From: Candidatus Poribacteria bacterium
GTDB taxonomy: Bacteria; Poribacteria; WGA-4E; WGA-3G
NCBI GenBank assembly: GCA_965205015.1
Contig: OZ242029.1
Coordinates: forward strand, 480,001-544,000
Length of the DNA stretch: 64,000 nt
Reading direction: 5' to 3'
Shown here: positions 9,280 to 20,068 of the stretch, piece by piece
Layout: every line of letters begins with the position of its first letter
How positions within the stretch are numbered: the first letter of the stretch is position 1
The notes under the pieces: generated by a model
What the model was told of the DNA's origin: nothing
The model's input: the letters and a program-made list of their open reading frames with translations, nothing else
Database searches by the model: none
Program-made: the position numbers and the translations under genes

Positions 9280-10848
9280 ATGAACACGAACAAAAAATCG
9301 TTATTGAGTTTACTGGCTTTAGTGATGCTCTTTTCCTGCACGCGGGAACCACGGCAATTGGTGTCCGAAAAAAAGTCGGTCCCGACAGAGTCCTCAGAAT
9401 CCCAAAGGATAAAAAAAGCTACATTATGTTTGATGAAAGAGGGAAGGCTTGTTGGTAGATGCTTCCTTGTGGCCCGTGACAAGATAGCGACGAACATTCA
9501 CATTATGGACAGTGTAGATCCTGTGTCTACACACGTAAGGAGCAGATACGCAACTTGGTCTATTCGGGGTGTGACAGCGTATGATCTGAAAAATGATCTT
9601 GTGATCCTAAAAATCTCGGATGGAGACACACCGCTTCCGCTGGGTGACAGCAATACCGTTCAGGATGGCGAGCCCATTTCTGTTGTTGAATACTCTGGTG
9701 TAATGGAACACAAAATCACAGAAGGAGTTATACACAGCGTCCGGAATACCGACAAATGGCTTAGGATGAAAATCGATGCCCCTCGTGGGACAAGTGGCAG
9801 TGCAGTGGTGAACAGCGAAGGAAAAGTCATTGGGGTCGTTGCTAGAGGGGATTCCTTTTATGTCTACGCGGCTCCATCGAATGCGTTGAAGACATTGCTT
9901 GCCCGTTCGGAATCAACAGAATCTTTGGCACAATGGCAACAGAGAGCACAAATATCCGCCCATCGCTACTGGACGCAGGCAAACCAGAAATACGGTGAAA
10001 AACGCTATGAAGAGGCGATCACTGACTTAGATAAAGCTCTTGCGTTAAATCCTGAATTTGTTGACGCGTACCACGGACGTGCCACTGTAAAACTTAGCCT
10101 CACTGCCTCTGAAATCAAGTCGGGAAATGCGAAAAAAGCACGCGATCTCTCCCAAGCAGCGATTGAAGATTTTGATGAGGCTATCAAATTAGACCCCGAA
10201 TACAGCATTGCTTACAGCGCACGTGGTGCTGCGAAAATCGAGGCTGCTAAGCTCGAATCCAGTACAGGAAATGAAAAGAAAGCACATGCTTTATATGCAG
10301 CAGCAATTGGCGACTTGACCCAAACCATCAGACTGGAACCGAAGGAGGTCGCAGCATACAGCTACCGTGGCATTGCGAAGGACTATTTTGCTAAATTTAA
10401 AGCAAATCATGGACATACGACCGAAGCACAGCAACTGTATGAAGAGTCAATCAGAGATCATACACAAGCAATACAATTAGATCCAGAGAATGCCTATGCC
10501 TACAACAATCGGGGATGTGCGAAATATTCCCTCGGGAAATTTGAAGCAGCGAAAGGAAATATGGAAAAAGCACGAAATCTATATGAAGCGGCGATAACAG
10601 ATAGTGACACCGCTGTAAAACTGTATCCGAATCGTTCTGAGCTCTACCATACCCGCGGTGCTGCAAAGGCAGCGCTTGGTAACTTTAAGGGAGCAATAGC
10701 CGACTTCGATAAAGCCATCGAGATGAATCCTGAAGACGCCGAGGCCTACTACGAGCGTGCCCAAGCAAAAGAAGCACTTGGGCAGAAGGAAGGCGCAAAA
10801 GCGGATTTTGAGAAAGCTAAGGAATTGGACCCAGATGTGGGAAAGTAA
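9280..10848 (+). CDS. Lipoprotein: trypsin-like serine protease plus TPR repeats (tandem paralog)
   Basis: Lipobox LFSC; ATNIHI / DLVILK / GTSGSA; TPRs; same KAKELDPDVGK end as the upstream gene. Confidence 0.85.
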   Translation: MNTNKKSLLSLLALVMLFSCTREPRQLVSEKKSVPTESSESQRIKKATLCLMKEGRLVGRCFLVARDKIATNIHIMDSVDPVSTHVRSRYATWSIRGVTAYDLKNDLVILKISDGDTPLPLGDSNTVQDGEPISVVEYSGVMEHKITEGVIHSVRNTDKWLRMKIDAPRGTSGSAVVNSEGKVIGVVARGDSFYVYAAPSNALKTLLARSESTESLAQWQQRAQISAHRYWTQANQKYGEKRYEEAITDLDKALALNPEFVDAYHGRATVKLSLTASEIKSGNAKKARDLSQAAIEDFDEAIKLDPEYSIAYSARGAAKIEAAKLESSTGNEKKAHALYAAAIGDLTQTIRLEPKEVAAYSYRGIAKDYFAKFKANHGHTTEAQQLYEESIRDHTQAIQLDPENAYAYNNRGCAKYSLGKFEAAKGNMEKARNLYEAAITDSDTAVKLYPNRSELYHTRGAAKAALGNFKGAIADFDKAIEMNPEDAEAYYERAQAKEALGQKEGAKADFEKAKELDPDVGK

Positions 10849-10868
10849 ATAAGACGAGATTCAAGAAA

Positions 10869-10887
10869 GGGCGGAGTAACTCCGCCC
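10869..10887. terminator. Hairpin between convergent genes (possible terminator or REP-like palindrome)
   Basis: GGGCGGAG-TAA-CTCCGCCC perfect stem; no clear U-tract. Confidence 0.5.
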
Positions 10888-10901
10888 GATACTATCGGTA
10901 A

Positions 10902-12437
10902 TTACTGAACACGGAAGGCATACAGTTTGGCTCGGTTCAAGACAAAACGGAACCGTAAGGGTTGCTCAGCACTCGCCAACCTCGCCGATTTCCATTGCAC
11001 CGACTGCCGTATATTATCTTCTGTCATTGGAACACACGCATCAGCTGAAAATCCGGGTTGAACCCGTCCATCGGCTGTCAGCACTTCGACAGCAATCTGC
11101 CCACCGCTTGCATCCGCGTTAATCTCAAGCCCGCCGTCCGGAATTTGCAACGGAACGGTTTCAATGACACCACCCTCCGCATCAGCATCGAGCGAGACGA
11201 AACCGTCTAACCGCCACTTCGCGAGCCCAATCTCCTTGTGCCTGTCCTTCATCTGGGCACCGTGGGTATGGACGGTCCCTGTATAGTACCAGTGAATTTC
11301 ATCATCGGTGATGATCGGCTCTATCGCCGTTCCCATAATCATACCGGTGTCGAATGTGCCGCTTTCGCCGCGTGGAATAATCGGCGTCCGAATCGAATCC
11401 GGATACTCCCAATTAAACCCGTCTCGGCTACTAACGAGTTGCGCGTCAATCGGTCCGTCAATAGGAATCTCGTGCTCCGCTGCCCCGGGTCCCGTCACAT
11501 ACAATACCCCAACAAGCCCGATGTAGATATTGTGATAAAGGAAACCCGACATGTTGTGAATCTCAGCGCGATCCGCACCATATCGCTGCACACCGATTTC
11601 ATCGTCCTCAGCAGTTGCCCCGAACATCGGTTCGAGAGGTTTCCACGGTCCCTCCAAGCGCGGACTCTCGGTATACGCGATCATACGTCGCGCGTCTTTA
11701 TCGTCCCCGCGTATCAGCGCATAAGCCCGGAACATCTCTTTTTTGTTATCGTAGATTACGTTGAACGCACCCTCGTTGTCCCGATCTGCAACCGGTTCCA
11801 AGTAGTCTGAATCGTCCCATCGGATACCGTCGGGTGACGTGAGCAGAAAGATATTGCGATACCGTCTGCAAAAGCCGATCATCTTATACCGTCTCTGCGG
11901 ATCCGACGCCTCGTCATCACGGAAGACACACGCGCCGTGCAGATCCCACACGATATTGTTATTTGGGTTCCCGTTGAATTCAAAGAGTCCAAGATTCGGT
12001 TTCGCCCACGTCAGTCCATCCTCACTTTCTGCGTAGCAGGTGAGATCGCCGCGATCGTTTTCGACAAACTTCCGTCCGTAGGCATCATGGGTCTGTCCCC
12101 TATATGTTGAAGGGTTTCGGTCTGGACGTGGGACATAGAGTCCCGGAACCTCATTCGCCTCAAACCGCCAATGCGGTCCCATGCGACACATGTACCACAT
12201 CCGATACTTCCCGAATGCGGCATCGTACATCGTAGTGCCATAGAGATGCACACGTCTGGACTGATCTGGTCCGCCGTGTTCCCACGGATTGTCAGGATCA
12301 GGTTTAAGGACAGATACGTCATGTTTTACGCATTGATGCAGGGTGCGCGTCACGTTATGTTTAGCAGAGATCCGTGCGTCATCAACGAACAGTTCTGGGG
12401 TTCCGGTGTTAAGCGCGTGAACGGTATTTGAATTCAC
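10902..12437 (-). CDS. Glycoside-hydrolase-like five-bladed beta-propeller protein
   Basis: LFVDD start, YAESEDGLTW / SPDGIRW / SRDGFNW boxes, IGLAKWRLDGFVS; GTG start with GAGGA RBS. Confidence 0.7.
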   Translation of the reverse strand: MNSNTVHALNTGTPELFVDDARISAKHNVTRTLHQCVKHDVSVLKPDPDNPWEHGGPDQSRRVHLYGTTMYDAAFGKYRMWYMCRMGPHWRFEANEVPGLYVPRPDRNPSTYRGQTHDAYGRKFVENDRGDLTCYAESEDGLTWAKPNLGLFEFNGNPNNNIVWDLHGACVFRDDEASDPQRRYKMIGFCRRYRNIFLLTSPDGIRWDDSDYLEPVADRDNEGAFNVIYDNKKEMFRAYALIRGDDKDARRMIAYTESPRLEGPWKPLEPMFGATAEDDEIGVQRYGADRAEIHNMSGFLYHNIYIGLVGVLYVTGPGAAEHEIPIDGPIDAQLVSSRDGFNWEYPDSIRTPIIPRGESGTFDTGMIMGTAIEPIITDDEIHWYYTGTVHTHGAQMKDRHKEIGLAKWRLDGFVSLDADAEGGVIETVPLQIPDGGLEINADASGGQIAVEVLTADGRVQPGFSADACVPMTEDNIRQSVQWKSARLASAEQPLRFRFVLNRAKLYAFRVQ

Positions 12438-12586
12438 GTCATTTCCTCGATGTGTCAGTAGATTCTTCTGGTAGCGTGTGTCTGGGCAGATCAATCCGTG
12501 ATACCAGACGATTAACAATCATGAGCTCAATGTAAACTATTATTCTGAGTTCCTCCGACTACAATGCCCAGCGTCTTGACAGACAA

Positions 12587-14143
12587 CTAATGAAGAGACG
12601 AGTTATCCAACTCGGTGAGCGATTGATTTTCTGCTTTGAGATAGGCGTTCGGATCATGATACAACGCCCCCTCCGGGAGCCATTCCCATAACGCCCCCAA
12701 ATCCCTACGTATCCAATCCACATAGAATTGTGGGAGTTCTCCCGTATCCCCATCAAAGAAGGCAAGGAATTGTTTATCGGCATCAAGTTGCCGGCGCACA
12801 TTATGGTACAACCGGGTTCGTTCATGCCCCGCCATGGCACGAATGACGTTCAGCCATCGCGGCATGAAGACCTCAACCGCCTTATAACGTCTAAAAATCG
12901 CTCTCGATGAAAAGGTGTAGTTGATCATATCAATGACACCATCATAGAACTCATCCCATTTGTAATTTTTCGGTTTCACATTCATCGCATGAACGTTGTT
13001 CAGGAAATGGAATGGAAAAGGGAGGACGCGTCCGTCGCGCTGGTATTCAAGATTGAGGGGTGCTGCTTGTCCATAGGCGGTGAGTAATGAATAGACGGGA
13101 TAGGCTCCGGGGGTCATCTCTACGAATAACTTTGTGAGGTCAAAGGGTTCTGGACCCTCATCAATATCAAGTCCAAACACAAAGTTTGTTTGGACGTAGG
13201 GAACGTATCTCAGCATCATATTAACCTGATCGGAAACCTGTCGGACCTTATTGAATCCGTGGTCCTTCCCCGTTTTCGATTTATTACCGAAGTCTGACCA
13301 GGACTCGATGCCAGGCAATATCGCCTTAAATCCATTTCGCTTGAGCCGCTTCATATGCGGTTCCGAGAGAAGAGACAGACTACTTTCGGCAATGAAGTTG
13401 ACGCTTCCTGGGGGCGCAGCTTCCTCAATGGCAGACATGTAATCATCAAATCGGATACCGAAGTTTGGGTCATGCCACGCGACGAGCGGTTTCTTAAATT
13501 TCTGTATGAGGAAACGCAGGTCTGCCTTGATCTCACCGAACTCCAGAGGTTGGTAGGGAACGACTGAATCAATACAAAAACTACACGTATACGGACACCC
13601 CATACTCCCGAGCATCGGTACACTCTTCAGCCATGGTGCTTTACGGAGGGTTAATTCTATGAACTTCCAACGCTCACGCACACCGGGCAGCGTTAAGGGT
13701 TGCCCTTGGGCTGAAAGATGAACGCCAATCGGACGATGCGCGGATCCGTCTTGTAAGAGATCTCGGATGATTGTTCGGTCAATGAAACCCAGAACGTAAT
13801 CGAAATACTTCAGGGCATCCTGTGGATAGCAACGCGCATGAGGTCCCCCAAGCACCGTGACAGCCCCTTTAGATCGGAAGAGATTGCTCAGTGCGTACGC
13901 CAATTGGGCAGCCAACGAAAAGGCACTTATGAAAACAATGTCAACATCATCAGGTAATTCTTCCTCTAAAGTTTCAATACCGGTATAACATACGTATGTG
14001 ACAGCGTATCCATCTTCTTCACACCATGCTGCAACAGCTTGAGGCATAATGCTTGCAAAATTAGCATTTACTGCCCGTTTCCACAAGTTCCGCTTGGAAC
14101 TATTGGTAACGAGGTCAATAACACCGACTTTAAGTTTTGGCAT
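12587..14143 (-). CDS. B12-binding-domain radical SAM protein
   Basis: VLGGPHA cobalamin-domain motif, GCPYTCSFC CxxxCxxC motif, GIES; start moved to ATG 14143 with GGAAGGAG RBS. Confidence 0.85.
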   Translation of the reverse strand: MPKLKVGVIDLVTNSSKRNLWKRAVNANFASIMPQAVAAWCEEDGYAVTYVCYTGIETLEEELPDDVDIVFISAFSLAAQLAYALSNLFRSKGAVTVLGGPHARCYPQDALKYFDYVLGFIDRTIIRDLLQDGSAHRPIGVHLSAQGQPLTLPGVRERWKFIELTLRKAPWLKSVPMLGSMGCPYTCSFCIDSVVPYQPLEFGEIKADLRFLIQKFKKPLVAWHDPNFGIRFDDYMSAIEEAAPPGSVNFIAESSLSLLSEPHMKRLKRNGFKAILPGIESWSDFGNKSKTGKDHGFNKVRQVSDQVNMMLRYVPYVQTNFVFGLDIDEGPEPFDLTKLFVEMTPGAYPVYSLLTAYGQAAPLNLEYQRDGRVLPFPFHFLNNVHAMNVKPKNYKWDEFYDGVIDMINYTFSSRAIFRRYKAVEVFMPRWLNVIRAMAGHERTRLYHNVRRQLDADKQFLAFFDGDTGELPQFYVDWIRRDLGALWEWLPEGALYHDPNAYLKAENQSLTELDNSSLH

Positions 14144-14165
14144 ATTACTCCTTCCTTCTACGTTT

Positions 14166-15917
14166 TCAATCACCTGCCCATAACTTCTGCATCTCTCTGG
14201 AGGAAGCGAGCAGTTCATCCAACGTCCCGACCGCCTCAACTCGCCCCTCTTTCAGCACAACGATCTGATCTGCGCGACGGAGCGCGGGACGCCGGTGAGA
14301 AACAACGAGGCAGGTCGATCGCGTCGTCTCAAAAAGGCGTTCCCATAGGGTCTGTTCCGTCTCAACATCAAGACCAGACGAAAGATCGTCAAAAACGAGA
14401 AGATCCGAGTCTCGCACGAACATCCGTGCCGCCGCAGTGCGTTGCATTTGCCCACCTGATAATTTTACACCGCGTGGTCCAACGATAGTATCGAGACCGT
14501 CTTCAAGTGTTGGCAGATCCTGCTCCATGACCCCGAGCCGGATCGCACGGTTTAGGGTATCCCAATCCCACGGTAAACCCATGAGGATGTTGGCACTCAG
14601 TTTTTCGCTGAAGAGTTTCGGTGTTTGCGGTGTATACGCGCAACGCGGTGGAACGAAAAACGACTTCGGGTCCTCAACGATTTCGCCGTTCCAGCGAATC
14701 TCGCCCCCCTGTTTCGGCAGAACCCCTAAGAGTGTTTGTACCAAGGTTGTTTTGCCTGAACCGATCTGCCCTGTAACAACGGTGAACGATCCAGCCGGAA
14801 TTTTTAAATCAACCGCAGCAATGCCCGCTGCGTCGCCGTCGTAACGGTAGGTGAGTCCAGAAACGGTCAGCTCATTCAGCCGATCCACCTCTCGCTTTTG
14901 AGGGACAATGAGCGGCGGTTGGTTTTCCCGTAAATATACCGGTGTGTGTTCGACTAATTTCTCCTCTGGCATCTCCTCAACGGTCTGCCCCATGCGGGAG
15001 TACGAAACCTCTGCGCGTTTGTGCTGTGCCATTATACTACCAACGAGTGACCCACTCCTGGCAACTTCACCAATATACGTGGTGAAAAGTGCGAAATCTC
15101 CAACTGTAAATTCCCCTGTCTGCATCTGTTCTGCAATCAGAATCAAAACCACGCCAGTAGCAAGATTGTTAATATTGAAACTAATGGATCGGAGGAGTTG
15201 ATTGAACACATTATCCACCACCGTTGCCTTGCGGCGCGCATCGTTCAGCTTCTGAAAATGGTCAATCACATTTTTCTCCGTTCGTGCAACCTTCACTGCT
15301 AAGATGGATTGGAACAGTTCGTTGATAAAATTAGTCGACTGTTCGGTGGTGACACGCTGTGCCGTACGATATCTTTGAATGAATCGCCGTGACACGTTGA
15401 CCACTGTGATAATCAGAATAAACGGGATAACCGTGATGAGTGTCACCGCTACGTCAATCTGAGCCATCCAGATGATCGCCAAGATCGCGAAAATAAGATT
15501 CCCCCATAAGTGAATATATTGTTCCAGATAACTTAAAATCGCCTGAACATCGTCACGGAGTCGATTTGTCGTTTCACCGGAGGCAGTTGACACATTATGC
15601 GGTGCCGACATGTTCATAATGGCGGTCATCAGGTTTTTTCGCAGGAGCGTTGAAACAGCGTAACGCCAACGCGCCCATACGAATGCTGAAGAGATTAGCA
15701 CACCTCGATCGGCAAGGTGCGCGACAACAAAGAGCGCAACGAATGTCCAAGCGTTGAATCCTACGCCCGATTCTCCAGTGAGGGCGTCAAAAAATCCCTT
15801 CCGAATCAGTCCCTCAAAGAATGGCATGAGGTCGTCCAATCCTCGGAAAAGGATGGTGCTGAGAAAGAGGACTGGACGGTAACGAATGAGACGAACGGAT
15901 GCTTGCCCTGTTGTCAC
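14166..15917 (-). CDS. ABC exporter subunit (TMD plus NBD)
   Basis: Hydrophobic [16 protein letters not shown], degenerate Walker B (VFDD). Confidence 0.9.
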   Translation of the reverse strand: MTTGQASVRLIRYRPVLFLSTILFRGLDDLMPFFEGLIRKGFFDALTGESGVGFNAWTFVALFVVAHLADRGVLISSAFVWARWRYAVSTLLRKNLMTAIMNMSAPHNVSTASGETTNRLRDDVQAILSYLEQYIHLWGNLIFAILAIIWMAQIDVAVTLITVIPFILIITVVNVSRRFIQRYRTAQRVTTEQSTNFINELFQSILAVKVARTEKNVIDHFQKLNDARRKATVVDNVFNQLLRSISFNINNLATGVVLILIAEQMQTGEFTVGDFALFTTYIGEVARSGSLVGSIMAQHKRAEVSYSRMGQTVEEMPEEKLVEHTPVYLRENQPPLIVPQKREVDRLNELTVSGLTYRYDGDAAGIAAVDLKIPAGSFTVVTGQIGSGKTTLVQTLLGVLPKQGGEIRWNGEIVEDPKSFFVPPRCAYTPQTPKLFSEKLSANILMGLPWDWDTLNRAIRLGVMEQDLPTLEDGLDTIVGPRGVKLSGGQMQRTAAARMFVRDSDLLVFDDLSSGLDVETEQTLWERLFETTRSTCLVVSHRRPALRRADQIVVLKEGRVEAVGTLDELLASSREMQKLWAGD

Positions 15918-17656
15918 TATATCATTTCCTCCAATCCTGTTCTCAGCAATCGCGAGAAAAGCGAATCCGGGTCCTGGACAAGTCGTTTGCGTTCACCGTG
16001 TTCCTGAATCTCTCCATTGGCGAGAATCATAATTTCGTCTACCTGTTGTACCGTTCCGAGTCGGTGCGCAATAATGATACTGGTGCGTCCCTTCAATAAC
16101 CGCTGTACCGCGCTGTCAATCCGTTGCTCTGTCGCTGGATCAAGCCGTGAGGAAGGCTCATCAAGGATAACGACTCTTGGATCCTTGAGGAAAACCCTCG
16201 CAAATGCCAGCAACTGCGACTCTCCAGCAGAAAGCCCCGTGCCTTCAAGAAGTGTATCCAGCCCGTTTGGCAGGGATTCATACCACTCCAATAATCCGAG
16301 TTCCTCAATCACCGACAAAATCCGGTCGTCGGAAATTTCAGTATCAAAGAGCGTCAAATTATCGCGCACCGTCGCATTGAAGAGTTGCACATCCTGTGTA
16401 ACCATGCCGATTTGGTTCCGCAGATCATCCAGCAGAATTTTCTCGATTGGCTTACCTCCGACGCGAATGTGTCCACTATTAATCTCATAGAACCGAAACA
16501 GGAGACGGGTGATCGTGCTCTTACCGCTACCCGTCCGTCCCAACAACCCGAGCGATTTCCCCGGGGTCAGTTGGAACGAAACATCTTTCAGCACAGACTC
16601 ATCTTCGGTGTAAGCAAATGTGACATGGTCGAATTCAATGTCAAGCGCGCCGGATGCAGGAAGTGCTTCTGTTCCATCTTCAATACTTGAGGTGACGCGA
16701 TAGAGTTCTTCAATCCGTTTGAACCCTGCAGTCGCCCGTTGGAGTTCATTAATCTGACGACCAATCATGATTAATGGACCTCGGAGCATCGCAGTGTAAT
16801 GAATGACAAGGTAGACCGTCCCGATCGTAAACACCTCTATCTGATACAGGTAGATACTCATGCCCATCGCCAGCGCCACCCCTAATGCGAAAAGGATACC
16901 GCTTATGGTTTGTAGCACTTCTCCCATCACATGTGCTTTTACGGCTCTACCGTATACATCGCGATTTACATCGTAGAACCGATCCATGGTATACCCGATC
17001 CCCCCGTTTGTGCGGAGATCTTCAATACCTGTTAACCGTTCTTCAAGAAACCCAAAGAGTCTGGAGTATCCCTCTCGCTCAGCTGTATAGACTGGAACAG
17101 CAATGTTTCGAGTCAGATTGTAAACGAAAATGGAAACCACCACAAAACCCGTTAATGCGACACCGATCCGCCAGTCTTCGAGGGTGATCACAACCAAGAT
17201 ACCGCCGAGCAGCAATAAACTCCCCATCACCTGAAGTATGAACTCAGAAAAAAAGTTTGAGAGTGCCGCTGTATCCCCGTCAACGCGCTCCACCATTTCA
17301 CCGGGGGTTCGCTCGTGGTGGAAGGACATGTCGAGTTGTAGACAGTGATGCGCGAGGTCACCGCGCATCCAGTTCGTTGCTCGCCAACCGATGTCTTGTC
17401 CTAAATAGGTGTTGACTAACATCAACACTTGTCCAAGAATCCCGATTGCCAAGAACGCAACACCAGCGATAATCAGGTCTTGTCTCTCGCCTCCCGCCTT
17501 TGCGGTATCAATGAAATAGCGGAGAATTTGTGGATTGAGTAGGGCTAGACCGATCCCACCGAACATGAAAAACGCGAGCAACGCCACGCGTATCCATTGC
17601 GGTTTCAGGTACTGTGAAAGGAGTGCGGCATATTGCCTGAAAGGTACTTTTTCCAA
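15917..17656 (-). CDS. ABC exporter subunit (TMD plus NBD), heterodimer partner
   Basis: GRTGSGKS, degenerate signature LSAGE, ILDE, AHRL; 1-nt overlap with the next gene. Confidence 0.9.
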   Translation of the reverse strand: MEKVPFRQYAALLSQYLKPQWIRVALLAFFMFGGIGLALLNPQILRYFIDTAKAGGERQDLIIAGVAFLAIGILGQVLMLVNTYLGQDIGWRATNWMRGDLAHHCLQLDMSFHHERTPGEMVERVDGDTAALSNFFSEFILQVMGSLLLLGGILVVITLEDWRIGVALTGFVVVSIFVYNLTRNIAVPVYTAEREGYSRLFGFLEERLTGIEDLRTNGGIGYTMDRFYDVNRDVYGRAVKAHVMGEVLQTISGILFALGVALAMGMSIYLYQIEVFTIGTVYLVIHYTAMLRGPLIMIGRQINELQRATAGFKRIEELYRVTSSIEDGTEALPASGALDIEFDHVTFAYTEDESVLKDVSFQLTPGKSLGLLGRTGSGKSTITRLLFRFYEINSGHIRVGGKPIEKILLDDLRNQIGMVTQDVQLFNATVRDNLTLFDTEISDDRILSVIEELGLLEWYESLPNGLDTLLEGTGLSAGESQLLAFARVFLKDPRVVILDEPSSRLDPATEQRIDSAVQRLLKGRTSIIIAHRLGTVQQVDEIMILANGEIQEHGERKRLVQDPDSLFSRLLRTGLEEMI

Positions 17657-17747
17657 ATTTTAATTTTTTCCTTGCGGATTTTTAATTTTCCTTGCGGGAG
17701 AACAACGGGGAAACACCCCAGCAAAAATATCGCCTTTTAACCGACAA

Positions 17748-18506
17748 CTAATTTCGTTTGAGTGATGCCCAAGTGATTGCGAGTTTCCCTTTACTCTCGA
17801 CAGGCAGTCCAACGGTTGCAAGCCTTTTGAGGTCGTCGGCATTCAACGTCCGATCATAGATCATCACTTCGTCGATTAATCCTTTGAAGAATCTGGCACC
17901 ACAGCATTCATCCCATCCGAACTTTAAGTTGACGACCGTCTGTTCAATATGGGGAATGTCGTTTACCTCAGCATCAAGTTTGTCACTATCTCTGTGATAA
18001 ATGTAACTCGTTGCTTTATCAGGTTCAATTGCTATCGCGACCAACGCCCATTTATTTTCTGGGATTTCTGGTGCGCCTTGCCAGTTCCACGTCAGTGCGG
18101 AGTTGTTGTTCCATACATACGTCAGGGTATTGTTCGCGGCGACCCCCATCCACCACGATGCTGGATCACTTCGACCGACGACAATTCCCGACCAATCTAT
18201 CGTTTTCCAGCCGTTGATTCGGGCGATCACCGTGATTGCTGTCGTTGTCAATTCAAACGTATCATCAACAACGACATGTCCGCCACCACCATCGAACTCA
18301 ACGGCACCGTTCACCCAACCGTCGTCAGACCATTTCGCGCCTTTTTCCAAATTGGCATCGTTTCCGTTACCGGATTCGTCGTTTCCATTGCCATCAAGGG
18401 GCCAGTAACCGACAAGTCCTTCCGTCAGATCCGCTGCGAACGCGCCTGTAGACCAAAGACTCACGGCAACGGCTAAAACTATAATACCTTTCACTCTGTG
18501 CTTCAA
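17748..18506 (-). CDS. Secreted LamG/concanavalin-like domain protein with GKLAITWASLK tail
   Basis: AGGAGG RBS before TTG 18506; signal peptide; GLVGYWPLDG, FKGLIDEVMIYDRTL. Confidence 0.85.
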   Translation of the reverse strand: MKHRVKGIIVLAVAVSLWSTGAFAADLTEGLVGYWPLDGNGNDESGNGNDANLEKGAKWSDDGWVNGAVEFDGGGGHVVVDDTFELTTTAITVIARINGWKTIDWSGIVVGRSDPASWWMGVAANNTLTYVWNNNSALTWNWQGAPEIPENKWALVAIAIEPDKATSYIYHRDSDKLDAEVNDIPHIEQTVVNLKFGWDECCGARFFKGLIDEVMIYDRTLNADDLKRLATVGLPVESKGKLAITWASLKRN

Positions 18507-18645
18507 TTCTTGCCTCCTTATGTTACATCCCACGCTTCCAGTGGTGGGAATTAAGAACGCTATTTTTGATAGAGAAAAACAGCCAAAGATGCTATACTTT
18601 AAACGAACAGAATCCCAAAAAATAACAGCACCTTCATAAGCCCTT

Positions 18646-18674
18646 ATCATACAGTAAAAAACGGTTTCATGCAA
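18646..18674 (-). promoter_or_regulatory. Putative sigma70 promoter of the LamG-ABC-radical SAM run
   Basis: Minus strand TTGCAT-N17-TATGAT. Confidence 0.55.
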
Positions 18675-18738
18675 GAAAAATCGTGTAACTCACGTTAGGC
18701 ATAAGGCACCATTGACGAAACACATGAGGACATTTTGA

Positions 18739-19632
18739 ATGATTGATCCGGAAAGTCAACCCATTATTGTGCTTGGTGTTGAGCGCAGCGGGACATCTGT
18801 CGTTGCAGAGATGGTGCACAGATGGGGTGCGTATGCGGGTCCTCCGGATAAGTTACATAAAGCCGATGCACATGCTCCCAGAGGATATTGGGAGTTTCTG
18901 CCTTTATGGGATCTGCTTGCTGAGCTAGGGGACTTTGATGCTGGAGCGACTTGGTGGGACCACGATTTCCAACAGCGAATGAAGAAAAAAGCCGATGATC
19001 CTGCCTCCAGAAAGAAAGCCACTGAACTCATGGCTGAAATGTACAAAGGAGGTCCCTGGTTTTGGAAAGACCCAGCACTGAGCCATTTTTTGCTGTTTTG
19101 GAAACAGATATGGGGCAATGCGATTTATATAATCACGGTTCGCCATCCTTTTGACACCGCAGTATCCTGGCAGAAATTCATTATGCCATCTAACGTGAAA
19201 GCCCGTATCTCCTTCGTCGCGATGAATTTGCTACGCTGGCAGCATATAATGACGCAAATCTTGCAGCACACAGAGGATGCACAACACCGACTCTTTCTTG
19301 GCTACGAAGATATTATGCGTCAGCCACGCGCCCAAGCTGAGCAGTTGGCTTATTTTCTGAATTCAAAGTTTGGAAATCCAGTTTCATCCATTCAGGCAAT
19401 GGTTGATGCAGTTGAACCTGAACTCTGGCGAAATGATTGTGATATTCCGTTTGAACAGGTAACTGAAGCGACAGTGGAGCAGAAAGCCCTTTATACCTTT
19501 GCAAGGCGGAAGATTGATAACCCATTTGAGCCCTTTGACGTTGCAGAATATCCATTACCACCGGGATACCTTGAGTTCCTAAACATTCAAGAGGCATTAC
19601 TGAAAGCCTATCGCGAACTTGGACACCGATGA
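18739..19632 (+). CDS. Sulfotransferase family protein
   Basis: LGVERSGTS 5'-PSB loop, WKDP, RHPFDTAVS 3'-PB motif. Confidence 0.85.
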   Translation: MIDPESQPIIVLGVERSGTSVVAEMVHRWGAYAGPPDKLHKADAHAPRGYWEFLPLWDLLAELGDFDAGATWWDHDFQQRMKKKADDPASRKKATELMAEMYKGGPWFWKDPALSHFLLFWKQIWGNAIYIITVRHPFDTAVSWQKFIMPSNVKARISFVAMNLLRWQHIMTQILQHTEDAQHRLFLGYEDIMRQPRAQAEQLAYFLNSKFGNPVSSIQAMVDAVEPELWRNDCDIPFEQVTEATVEQKALYTFARRKIDNPFEPFDVAEYPLPPGYLEFLNIQEALLKAYRELGHR

Positions 19633-19680
19633 ATGTCTACAGCTAACACAACAGTTTTTGTCAGAGTATGAGGTTAGACT

Positions 19681-20055
19681 TTGTATATTGATATTGTCCC
19701 AGCACAAAATCATATACCTGATCATTACAGCGATTACCTGCAAGGCTATCGCGCCGTCCGTTTGTTGGCAGAAGACAGCACAATTCTGGGTGAACTCGTT
19801 TGGCGTGTTGCATCAGGACATAATATTGAGATCACGGAATTCGGTATATTTGAGGAAGAGAATAAACGAAAGGGTTGGGGGACGCAGGCAGTATCTTTGG
19901 GAACTGACCCTGAACTAACAGGGAACCAAGTTCTTGTGGACGTTGCATGGATATGCCTAAACGAACTCACAGAACGAGATAGAGTGTTTCTATGGACTGC
20001 TGGCTTGTTGACAATTCCCGAATTTTCTGAGGAAATTTGGCACTTACCGACTTGA
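19681..20055 (+). pseudogene. Probable chimeric remnant: GNAT N-terminal half fused to an unrelated C-terminal fragment
   Basis: GNAT-like up to KRKGWGTQ, then no GNAT motif B; the tail resembles a NUDIX-family C-terminus (from recall). Confidence 0.4.
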
Positions 20056-20068
20056 GTGAGGAAGCTTC

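Noticed and set aside
18694-19679. Integron attC-like cores around the sulfotransferase (GTTAGGC at 18694; GCTAAC...GTTAGAC at about 19642-19679)
   Set aside because: The span is only about 40 nt, there are no convincing L boxes, the pattern is not repeated after other genes, and no integrase is in the window
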